Origin: Lytechinus pictus
Lineage: Eukaryota
Length of the DNA: 64,000 nucleotides
Assembly (NCBI RefSeq): GCF_037042905.1
Contig: NC_087251.1
Span: forward strand, 43,092,001 to 43,156,000
Direction: 5' to 3'
Shown: piece by piece, positions 58,301 to 64,000 of the stretch
Layout: each line of letters begins with the position of its first letter
Position numbering within the stretch: position 1 is the stretch's first letter
The notes under the pieces: model-generated
Seen by the model: only the letters and a program-made list of their open reading frames with translations
What the model was told of the DNA's origin: nothing
Databases searched by the model: none
Translations under genes and position numbers: made by a program

Positions 58301-60820
58301 TTCACTGGAAGAAAAAGTCAGAGAGCTTATCTCACAAGATCTGTTGGTGAGTTACTTATTTTATCACATTCATATCCAAAGTACAAATAATCAAGCCTCT
58401 TGGCCACATTTTCCTAGCAGTGGGCCTCGGGCAGCATCACAAATACAAAGTCTATGGGAGGGGGTTCCTGACTCGGAAGTACCGGCCTTGACTATATCCA
58501 CGCACATTATACTTATGCCTCTTCGATACTTTCAGAGGATCAATGCCCCTTTACAGAAAAGAATATAGTGAAAATATTGCTCAACATGAAATTTTTTTTT
58601 TTTCAATTGAAAGCATACATTTCATCTCTTTTTCATTTCTTGGCCTAAACAAAATAGCCAATAATTAATTTTCATCTTTTTAGAAAATTCAGTTGTGTCA
58701 ACGTAGTAGCTCATTCAAGTAGCATTTGCATAAATTCAAATCGATTTCATCTCTGAAAGGAGCTCTTTTATCAAAGAAATTAATCATCACTTTTTACACT
58801 AGTCGCACAATTCATTCCTGCACATTCTCCCCTCCCTGGGTAGTATTCCAGCCAGTCACCAATTAGGTGAACACAATGCTGGACAAGTTGAAGCTACACT
58901 GACCTCCACATCCTAACGGGTACCCTTTATTAAGCATGGACAAAATATCTAAACAGTATCAATTTGTCAGAAAAAAAATTGTATTGATCCTTACAAGTCA
59001 ACACATGCAATACCAAGGTCAATATCGTTTCTAAAAAGTCAATACAAAGTCACTTCTGAAAATATTGAAATACAACAATCATTTCATCACTGTAAATACA
59101 TGTGAAAACTCACAGCATAAATATCATGCCTAGTTATTGACAAAACATGCAATTTTTGTTCAAAATTATAAAGACAAAATCTAGATTAAAAATCCTTATC
59201 AAAATAGCCTTTTAGATTGAGAAATCTGATTTTCAAAAGAATAAACTCACCACCATTGTGGATAGGAAAACTCCTCCAAAGTTGACTAAAACTGAGGGTC
59301 ATTTCTTGCTGGCTCCTCAGAACACAACCTCACGCAAAGAGTAATAAAATGAAAGTGAGTCCACTCTGTGCACAGCAATAAGCCAGTTCGGAGTTCCTTT
59401 CTGCGCATGATCAGAAGATGGTCATCTTTACTAAAGTGACATGGTGGTTTAATAATTAAGGAGATAAGCACCAACTTTGATGCCTTGATATTCCTTTAAA
59501 TTGTGTTTTTCATTAGACCCACAAAAAACCACAATGCGTCTACTAGCGATTGGTATTTCACAGTTGGCCAAGTACTTTGTTATAATAACATGCTAATGCA
59601 TTCAAAGTAGAAATGCAACAAATACCTTCATAGAATGTTCATTGATGTGCTATTCTAGTCACCTGGTCTATGCAATTTCTTCATCCTGCTATGTAAGGCA
59701 TGCTTACATAATATCTTGCTTTAGAATTTTCCTATAATAATGAAAGAAATGAAAGATCATTTGACCAAATTTGCCCACGAGGTAGCTCCGAACTGGTCTA
59801 TTAGGTGCACTACACAACCAATAGACCTTGTGCTGGTCTTGGAATTTTAAGTGTTTATTCCACCTGTTACTAGTATCTGGGACCTACATCAAAAGGACCT
59901 AAAAGAACTAAATACATTATAGCCATTCCTAATAGACCAGTTCGTAGTTACTTCATGGACAATTTCGGTCAAATGACCTTTCATTTCTTTCATTGTGATA
60001 GGCAGATTTCAAAGCAAGATGTTACGTAAGCATGCCTTACATAGCAGGATGAAGAAATTTAATAGACCATGTGATTAGAATAGCATATCAATGACACTCT
60101 ATGAAGGCATTTGTTGCATTTCTACTTTGAATGCATATTATAGCATGTTGTACAATGTACTTGCCAATTTGTGAAATACCAGTCGTTTGTGGAATCATTG
60201 TTGGTTTTGTGGATGTAAATGAAAAACACAATTCAAAAGAATACATGAATAATTAAGACATCAAAGTTGGTGCTTATCTCATTAAATTTGAAACCACCAT
60301 GATCAGAGGAAGGTCATTGGTACTAACCAATGACTTTCCTCTGATCATGCGCAGAATCTTCTGATCATACTCAGAGCAGAACTACGAACCGTCTTATTCA
60401 AGTAACTAAATACATAGGCATTTTGAATTACAATTTGCAATACTGCCATTACAAGTCAAACATAGAGTAATTTAACATTTTTTTTCTCTCTTTTTTCCCC
60501 CCTTTTAATCAATTATACAAAAACACTCAAAATTACACCATTTATCATAGTTTCTCTGTTAACACTTTTCTATGTAAAAAAAACAAATTCTAGGTTTTGC
60601 TTGAGGGACAAAATAAAAGAATTGCTTGTGATAGTATATTTGAATTATTGAATTTTCTTGTATTTCTTTTCATGTACAGTTGGAAAGCCATGACCGCAAA
60701 TATCTGGTCGAGGAGTTTGAAAGACAAGGTAACAAGAGGTCTGTGGAGACGAGACTACTAAGCTTCTTGAGCTATAACTACTACCACCTTCCTATGTACG
60801 CAAAACCAGGCATGGTCTAA
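12640..60820 (+). CDS. CFAP61: Cilia- and flagella-associated protein 61, 26 coding exons, about 1315 aa
   Basis: Exons (all GT-AG, phases consistent, total 3948 nt): 12640-12785, 13518-13668, 14286-14362, 15930-16124, 16734-16866, 18972-19119, 20114-20209, 20626-20832, 21487-21547, 22228-22288, 23243-23415, 24008-24116, 24963-25160, 26147-26422, 28577-28705, 30730-30857, 31580-31765, 52387-52468, 52714-52888, 53683-54033, 54597-54726, 55622-55862, 56663-56761, 57121-57315, 58287-58346, 60680-60820. Motifs recognisable from CFAP61: [57 protein letters not shown], Rossmann-like [22 protein letters not shown]-terminal [15 protein letters not shown]. An acceptor at 12627 implies an upstream non-coding exon. 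Confidence 0.95.
14609..14910 (+). mobile_element. tRNA-derived SINE
   Basis: A box-like TCTAGTGG, B box GGTTCGAATCC, core GCACTCAACCCAGGTGAGG, (TAT)n tail. Confidence 0.82.
16933..17195 (+). mobile_element. tRNA-derived SINE (tail split by the 17196-18819 transposon)
   Basis: TGGTCTAGTGG, GGTTCGAATCC, CTCAACCCAGGTGAG. The tail resumes at about 18824. Confidence 0.78.
17196..18819. mobile_element. Non-autonomous DNA transposon, Sola-like (4-bp TSD), inserted in a SINE tail
   Basis: TIRs GGGCAATTCCAC / GTGGAATAGCCC, TSD CTAT (17192-17195, 18820-18823), and seven internal copies of TGTAACGTGAGTAAC. Confidence 0.75.
19131..19222 (+). repeat. (GATA)n/(GACA)n microsatellite; a second one at about 19622-19695
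   Basis: Direct reading. Confidence 0.9.
21125..21396 (+). mobile_element. tRNA-derived SINE
   Basis: GGAGCGTTGTGGCCCAGAGG...GGTTCGAATCC...CCCAGGTGAGGTAAATGGGTACC...(TAT)n. Confidence 0.88.
22797..23090 (+). mobile_element. tRNA-derived SINE
   Basis: Same head and core as 21125-21396 with a different 3' part, (TAT)n tail. Confidence 0.88.
24582..24940 (+). mobile_element. tRNA-derived SINE ending just upstream of CFAP61 exon 13
   Basis: GTGGTGTAGTGG, GTTCGAATCC, CCCAGGTGCTAAATGGGTACC, (TAT)n. Confidence 0.86.
25600..25890 (-). mobile_element. L2/CR1-group LINE 3' fragment
   Basis: Minus-strand translation ...[49 protein letters not shown] resembles the extreme C-terminus of L2 ORF2. Confidence 0.65.
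25948..26041 (+). pseudogene. Partial duplicate of CFAP61 exon 14 (first 94 nt) with its own acceptor, ending in an in-frame stop
   Basis: Matches 26147-26240 with three differences. Preceded by TCTTCTTCTTTACTTCTAG and followed by CTG TAG. Confidence 0.85.
26915..28358 (+). repeat. Tandem about 140-bp AGGTCA-rich units ending in a stem-loop/T-run (Helentron/HINE-like element, interrupted by the L2)
   Basis: Three to four copies of GAGGTCAAAAGGTCAAGGTCAC...CATCTTACCCTTCTGCAGTCC...AACCTAGGCTCATATAATTTGGTGT; 3' end GGCGGGCGTATTATGTGCTTGCC...GACACTTTT. Family assignment is inference. Confidence 0.55.
27268..28130 (-). mobile_element. 5'-truncated L2/CR1-group LINE
   Basis: ORF 27418..28035 carries [13 protein letters not shown]...QNRAARL...[13 protein letters not shown]...RIQFK (L2-type ORF2 C-terminus). 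(TTA)n tail at 27268-27285. TSD ATCTTA (27262-27267, 28131-28136). Confidence 0.88.
29874..30352. mobile_element. piggyBac-like MITE
   Basis: TTAA|CCCT...AGGG|TTAA with subterminal GGGGGGTCAATTTGACCCCCC palindromes. Related fragments at about 3294-3540 and 18033-18400. Confidence 0.75.
31111..31409. mobile_element. MITE (GGCCC...GGCC termini); an inverted sister copy at 31830-32104 plus 37388-37402 is split by the LTR element
   Basis: Shared GGTTTAAAGTTGTGGTTTAACTATG and AATTTTAGCACAGA blocks in opposite orientation on either side of exon 17. A related copy lies at about 26531-26847. Confidence 0.7.
32105..37383 (-). mobile_element. Non-autonomous LTR retrotransposon with intact, near-identical LTRs (LARD/TRIM-like)
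   Basis: Direct repeats 32105-32731 and 36765-37383, both TG...CA, differing by about 3 substitutions plus one 8-bp indel. 4-bp TSD CTAG (32101-32104, 37384-37387). On the minus strand: PBS TGGCGGAGAACCCGGG next to the right LTR and polypurine tract AAAGAAAGGGGA next to the left LTR. No gag/pol ORF inside. Confidence 0.92.
33288..34922. mobile_element. Non-autonomous DNA transposon nested in the LTR element
   Basis: Terminal inverted repeats CATACCTGCCAACC / GGTTGGCAGGTATG, flanked by a 6-bp direct repeat CTGTTG (33282-33287, 34923-34928). No transposase ORF. Confidence 0.8.
37450..39120 (+). repeat. Degenerate tandem copies of the CFAP61 exon-17 3' end and its splice donor
   Basis: About six partial copies of CTCAGGTCATGGGTCAATGTGG...CCAAGATGACCGGCATCAATAG|GTTGGTATTTCTCACTAAT (original at 31705-31790). 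Confidence 0.85.
37730..38265. mobile_element. MITE with imperfect TIRs and a poly-C end
   Basis: TACTTAGTATAAATGTATGATACGTATGTGCCGC versus GCGGCACATAAGTATCATGTTATAATTCAAGTA. It interrupts one exon-17-derived copy at GGTATC. Confidence 0.6.
39197..39895. mobile_element. piggyBac-like MITE
   Basis: TTAA|CCCT...AGGG|TTAT. Same family as 6738-7481. Confidence 0.72.
41150..41500 (-). mobile_element. tRNA-derived SINE immediately downstream of the TLR stop codon
   Basis: Reverse complement of the 24582-type head and core; starts about 47 bp after the TLR stop. Confidence 0.86.
41548..44370 (-). CDS. Toll-like receptor, single exon, single-cysteine-cluster type (signal peptide, LRRNT, about 20+ LRRs, LRRCT, TM, TIR), nested antisense in CFAP61 intron 17
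   Basis: 940-aa uninterrupted ORF: hydrophobic N-terminus, [16 protein letters not shown] cap, repeated LxxLxLxxNxIxx[14 protein letters not shown]...[32 protein letters not shown], and a TIR domain (FHLNIMY...[11 protein letters not shown]...FKTILLVS...[18 protein letters not shown]...QELFW) of the kind typical of expanded sea-urchin TLR families. Confidence 0.95.
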   Translation of the reverse strand: MAPFHMAHFYAASCSMCIFLFIFTSASAFLELALTESLVGSTDLSTSSCKLQNKTKGIKATCSHLGLTSIPPQLPSNTITLDVSYNRIRALQNDSFEGLQELNSLSLKANHISDLEVGTFLPLKKLRSLDMTGNLLTHLQPNLFNSNQILSNLMLFSNNFSSVPTTSLSRLPLLRKIFLGNNSIRVADFTAFSHSRTISQINFANNQISTIKASDFKPLQNRSLQSISLEDNDLHNLPARVFSHLNNIRVLVLDRNALHDFYSSSFLGSMNIDSMSVCGCRIHNIVKLDNSSHNNASFPVIRSIDMSGNIIHYIPPYAFRGFNQTRTLKIQRNKIKKMFVDSFCGLDSLINLDLSDNHINSIIPGMFSCNAKLQELIFTRNEIARLNIDSFRGLYALHTLNLSHNILKRIDDRQQWDNPALRNLNLSNNQFPTLHPRFFSGNLPNISVVDVSFNIISVYSPDTFNNIPSVKELYLIAEQNQYLDRVFSQMKNLNTLDISHSKTEWTSLDQFTKTSSLQDLRMCYNNLHHYDLFKENVTQSSLFEGLVSLKKLNLRGNDLNGLDPGIFTPLIKLYTLDLSVCKIAHLKPGVFQGLTSLKNLYLSENVIITTSAGIFKGLDHLTTLFFRNSRLQVIDKGLFATTPYLKHLYLSGNHISEVQKETFFPTNNTLRIDMSNNWFSCNCELSWFIHFLGDEDVVLIRPDQTKCYNTSFKAMIGKPITSFTPADFCGVDALLISGLSLLALTLIVSLVTAYDKRWWLNHKFFLLKLAIFGYEEMEEDFIANRHEFHLNIMYQEAEERWVLQVMKPALEERLPRLQRVVYGDGDLPLGMFYIDAINDVIDNSFKTILLVSNQSIADPWFMTKLRLAFEHVNDTQLDKVILIFVEDIEDENLPYLVRLFLSRNKPYMLWTDDEDGQELFWAQFDKSMRANKAINNNIPL
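46196..47089 (+). CDS. LINE ORF1 protein (coiled coil plus RRM-like L1 ORF1 domain)
   Basis: 297 aa. Heptad-rich region followed by [10 protein letters not shown]...VHRL...PIIAKF...LTVRTDLP, typical of L1/Tx1 ORF1. Confidence 0.85.
   Translation: MEKSYFLRSATMSSEGQRTKQSTPSTSTAQTSTPTPEGTGEPESAFTLADVMRSIRESEVRVCAKLDGLQHNLDQIKTKVDDLEAAVDFNASKVDIIEKEKLPQIESDLRKEVDQLRTKLIESEIYQRKNNLLFYGVKMEQGENVYVVIRHVFTLLGLSKEEAEAVCLINVHRLPQRHSQEGVPHPIIAKFVYMSQRNRVLAAFEERAYKKRVATDASTGNTTGVEWRYPPVTQETSRLTVRTDLPPALKATRSELAKVAYKLRKEKKLSTKITVVRAKVVLFYREKGTQKWEIHKE
47865..51608 (+). CDS. LINE ORF2: APE endonuclease, reverse transcriptase, C-terminal CCHC knuckle; true start uncertain
   Basis: SLNVRGL, LLQETY, NVYAP, GGDFN, SRLD, SDH (APE); [42 protein letters not shown] (RT); CTFC...HLFYSC. 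The likely ATG start (47836/47857) is one base out of frame. Confidence 0.93.
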   Translation: MSLNVRGLRSGFRRQKVFGWLREKEIDIALLQETYSSEDVESSWSSEWGSDVLFCHGSPHSSGVMILINSKLDYKIISKHVSGNGRYLVLRIIIDGNEFIICNVYAPTADKKREQKIFFDHLLCTLNSFDDIGTTPLLIGGDFNVILNMNVDRQGGHPTTSQAVISQLKKLQSDLDVIDIWRVRNPITRKYTWKQLRPLIQSRLDIWFVSETLQDYISKVDMIPGVGSDHLAIILEFKVQEETRCNAMNWKFNNTLCEDEVFCSEMTKNLDLWIKDISQFDDMRIGWEFLKYNIRLFSRKYSIEKARKRKERRRELENRLKRLQFLLDSEGERHAEEYKKIEREYESYLDYITQGIILRSKANWMEFGEKNTKFFLNLEKGHKNKSSIFKLKQGDCILTDMKNINSEIKSFYTQLYKKPNVDSRQNSLFLGQENIPKLSSGSKSKCDLPLTLEECTSSLLLMSKNKSPGNDGLTVEFYRKFWGKIGQLLVDNLNYSFQQGQLSSSQRQGLITLISKKGKDKMLIENYRPITLVNVDLKIGSKALAERLKKVLPDLIHPDQVAFIKDRFIGEAVRTVKDALFFSDLKNIPGILLSLDFQKAFDSLDHSFLLNVLRSFNFGEGFCNFIKVLYTNLESAVMNRGLSSGYFPVERGVRQGDPLSPYLFVLAIETFAINIRENKTIHGLKISDNLELKLSLYADDITVFLSDNISFRHLLNTLQNFRKESSLSINIFKTKAMWIGACKDNQHSLENIQFDKSLTILGVDIAYSPNVFSLQLQRTLDKIRVQLNLWKSRHLSLIGKIQIVKTFAFSQLLYLASLSKIPDYYIKEVNKLVFGFIWNGPDRIKREILVKQYEDGGLKMICLKSLLQVQKVKWIQRVFTSNSKGWKIILLTLLQNVGGDFIFHCNYDLNILNLTIPEWYKDVMLSWSTVFQKNIKICNQMLWNNRCILQNGKSFYKPEIKNKGFVKVSHMLDEYGRPLRWKDAKNKGLTFVEYFLLLDCYKFMPSKWKVFFLSQNFHPIVDNISLIPTLTIDGITREVTGVPKYIFYTFFMNENNPSISNIFTRLKDTYGFQQEEVRELLKLPLRTTIDTRLRALHFKIINNLIPTKVWLFRINKVTDTLCTFCKVSPETLVHLFYSCHVVNQFWNNVGTLFASLDLPDFLSERYVLFGICKPQIPRYIFILNFLLLSGKQYIFRCRCDETKPTLPHFCNFLLSFETVEHTIAQRKCKLEKHDGKWAIILNTLKRR
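54143..54357 (+). mobile_element. 5'-truncated SINE of the 21125 subfamily
   Basis: AATCCTAGCCATGGCG...CCCAGGTGAGGTAAATGGGTACC...GGAGCGCCTTGAGCACC...(TAT)n. Confidence 0.8.
55160..55309 (+). repeat. Imperfect (ATT)n microsatellite
   Basis: Direct reading; it explains the poly-Ile ORF 54978..55382. Confidence 0.9.
59375..60395. repeat. Two diverged copies of an about 430-bp repeat in inverted orientation with an about 120-bp spacer
   Basis: For example GAACTGGTCTATTAGG (about 59790) versus CCTAATAGACCAGTTC (about 59928), and CTTCATCCTGCTATGTAAGGCATGCTTAC versus GTAAGCATGCCTTACATAGCAGGATGAAG. Confidence 0.8.
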
Positions 60821-63555
60821 GTAAGACACAAGATACATACGAAGTGAAGGGAAACGGTGAAGCGAACATGGGAATGCTAACTGAATACATTGCACATCCA
60901 GTTGATCGTGACAAGAAGTTAAGCCAGCCAACAATCTGATATCTTGGTGAAAATCAAGTTTTGCTAATCTGCGTACCCTGCATTGTCCTGAAATCTATAA
61001 ATTGTAGCAAATGTTTGCCATGCAAAATAAATGCTCATGATCCAGAAACGTTATGTTCTTTAACAGAAAAAACCCCACATTTTTAATTACTTGGAAATGC
61101 AAGATCGACCTTCATGAATCCATACCACAATGTACCTACATATCAAATGATTTAGAATTCGTCTTGGTTCATAATATAATACTGTATTCTGGTCCAGCTG
61201 ATTATATTCAAGCATTATTTACACTTAACTCTCTACTACCAATAGGTCCACTGAGAGAAAGTTTCAGATTAAGCTGTGTCCTCATTGTCCAATGAAGTTT
61301 GGGCTTTCAAAGAGTTAATAAATTTTACATTGTGAAACTTTAGATCGACTGGATGTCTTGGAAGATTTTTTTTCCATAGGTTGTGTTTGTATTCATCAGT
61401 GAAAAAAAATTCGAAATGACGGATTAAAAAAAAAATTTACTTCTACTTATGCAAAATGGACTGAAGTCAATAGAAGTATTTATTTCCCCCCTCTCGTGGA
61501 AAAGATTCATTTTTGTGGACATGAAACATGATCTCATTTCCATGTTTCATTTTAAAGAATTGTGTTAACGGAGGATTGAAATTAATACTGCTTACTTTTC
61601 TATAAAAAGGTTCTGTGACTCTTGGAGTGCTAATTTACATTTTCTTGTATCTTGGGAATGGTGAAGAATCAGATGCCTCCCAAGTCTGGAGCTCCTCTTA
61701 ATATATCAAAGCAATAATTTGACTACCGGTATCTCATTTGATTCAGCGTTTTTAGCTGCCACCCCCCCCCCCCCCCCCCCTCTCCTGAATATACAGCTTT
61801 GTAAGGTTGGCAGTGGGGTAGAAAAACAAAGTTCCAATTATCATACATTGGGCAGTGGGTAACAAAAAAAATTATTTCTCACTTTTACAGTGCTTTGAGC
61901 AGTGGGGTAAAAAAGAAAAAAGTTATAATTCTTACCATACATTTGAAATGGGGGTGCTGCCAAATTTATTACCAAATCATTAGGGGTATTGTAATCGTGA
62001 ATAAAATACAGCATTTTCAAGTGAAAGAGTGCTTTTTGCCATATCACTTTTTATTTGGTCTTGTATTCAGGTTATGTCTTCATAACCCTGATTTAAATCA
62101 TTACAAACCAGAACTGGACGTAACTGTAAAACATGAATAAATAAACAATGATAGCAGTGTTATGTCACAATATGAGTGTAAATTATAGAAGATGTTATAA
62201 CGTGAATTACAGAAGCTCTTTTAGGGTTAACGTTAGGTATGGTGTTCTAGGAAACTCACCTGTATCGCTGAAAGATGTGGAATATGGGCTTTACACAGGA
62301 AAGTTAAAAATGTACGTTGTATGTCAATGTACTAGTAGAATGCCCTATTTTGGTTAAAGCAAATACTGTATATGTTGTATAATTTCCATTGTATATTGAA
62401 AAGATGTATATATTTATACTTGATAAAGTTAAGGTATTTGTATTGAAGAATATGAAATGATATATTATACTTTAATTGGATATTGTTTGCAATTATTTGT
62501 ATCGTTAATTAATACACTGAGTGTGACTAAATTTCATTCCATCCTTGCTATGTGGCGCTTGTTCATAGTGAAATGTACTATATAAAGTATATAAATATGT
62601 ATAAATAAAGCAAGTATAAACAAATTTCTGAATGTCCATGTTTTTTTTTTATATGTATTTCAACATTATATCAAGGGTAGATTTTAGAACTTAAAATATG
62701 TTTTTACTTACAAGGGAGTGTTTCAGGAATCAAATAGTGATTTTCATTTACAAAATTATCTTTCAGCCAATCAGATTCAATTATTTTAGTAGCTTATAAC
62801 AGTATGCAGTGGAAAAACACAATTTGTTTCATGAAATGCTCCATAGATAATGAGAATTTAGTTTGGTGACACCCCCCCCCCCCCCTGAAAAAGTACATTC
62901 CATTTCATGACTAGATTACTGCATTTGCCCCGAAAAGGGTTGTGGCATGAAGGATATGTTTTATTGGAAAAATTTACCAATATTACATCAGATTTAATTT
63001 GACCGAGGCCCCATTTCATAAAAAGTTTCTGTGATTAGCAACTCTTGCTAGAATATCACCTTTCATTGGAAGAGCCAATCGAAAGCAGAATTTTCAATGT
63101 TCTCATGGTTGTTGACATTCCAGCACGAGTTGCAACTTTTTGTGAAATGGGGCCCAGGAGCCCGATCAAAATAGGAAAGCTGCATATTTTTGTTTCGTTA
63201 ATATGTAACGCATTATCAAACATGAAATGGGCTGGAAATTTACCATTTTTGCATTTCCTAACGGGGATATGCATGAAAGCAAATCATCCCCATCTCTGCC
63301 ACTATCGGTATCACTTGCAGCAGTAGGTCAATCTTCATACATTCATCACGATCACTTCCATTTTCCCCACCACTACAATCGCTATCACTACAATCATCTT
63401 CAATTCCTTCACAATCCAGTTATCAAGCTTAGAAACACAATAAACTGCATTCCCCCCAATCAGTTATATCGGGAGAGAGACCTGCGGGTCATAGTGATAT
63501 AGTTCGCTTTTCGCCTCCCAGGCACAGGTGACGCCAAAACAAAATGATAATAAAA

Positions 63556-63895
63556 TATGAAAATACTTACCATGATTTTCTTATTTACGAGATAACTGGA
63601 TATACTCATTTGATTTGCTAGTTCATTACGATTAACTTGCACGCCGAATAAAAGTACACAATTTTTCCTGCGCGCGCGCAGCATCTCCCTACGCACGCAC
63701 TATCCCAAGATCATCACGCAAAAAGGCGTCCATTTCCTCTCATGAGCCTGAACGCAAGACATGTTGCCACGTAAGGCGAGGGGTCGGTGGGAGGGTTCAA
63801 ATGAGTATATCCAGTTATCTCGTAAATAAGAAAATCATGGTAAGTATTTTCATAATTTACATCAATAACTGGGATATACTCATTTGATTTGCTAG
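63556..63895. mobile_element. Probable DIRS-like (tyrosine-recombinase retroelement) terminal ITR/ICR structure, or another element end
   Basis: Perfect 58-bp inverted repeat (63556-63613 / 63797-63854) followed by a third partial direct copy (63865-63895). No coding sequence inside the window to confirm. Confidence 0.5.
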
Positions 63896-64000
63896 ACCAA
63901 CACGGATTCAACGTGAAGGGAGGCATGTCTAGACTAAGAAAGTGCGTACAAAAATAGGGAGATGAAGACACGAAAGGCCGCTGCCTTAAGGACAGAGGAG

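Noticed and set aside
63563..63574. ATACTTACC resembling the U1 snRNA 5' end
   Set aside because: Following sequence does not match U1 (no CTGGCAGGGG stem, no Sm site); it is part of the inverted repeat.

Overview
AT-rich, intron-rich animal DNA, most likely a sea urchin or other echinoderm (inferred from the TLR TIR type and the SINE/MITE repertoire). Two genes sit head-to-head. The 5' part of the splicing factor CRNKL1 (crooked neck/SYF3) is on the minus strand: 4 coding exons, running off the left edge. A complete CFAP61 (ciliary calmodulin/radial-spoke-associated protein) is on the plus strand: 26 coding exons, 12640-60820, about 1315 aa by my manual splicing. The 20.6-kb intron 17 of CFAP61 holds a young non-coding LTR element (with a nested DNA transposon), a degenerate tandem array copied from the exon-17 end and splice donor, an intact intronless Toll-like receptor gene on the opposite strand, and a full-length L1/Tx1-type LINE. 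CRNKL1 intron 1 holds a perfect spacer-less 270-bp palindrome and a 1.48-kb foldback element built from 23 copies of an 18-bp palindrome, whose array flips polarity at its centre. Many tRNA-derived SINEs, MITEs and microsatellites fill the introns, and a DIRS-like terminal structure lies at the right edge. All coordinates were read by hand, with no database searches.
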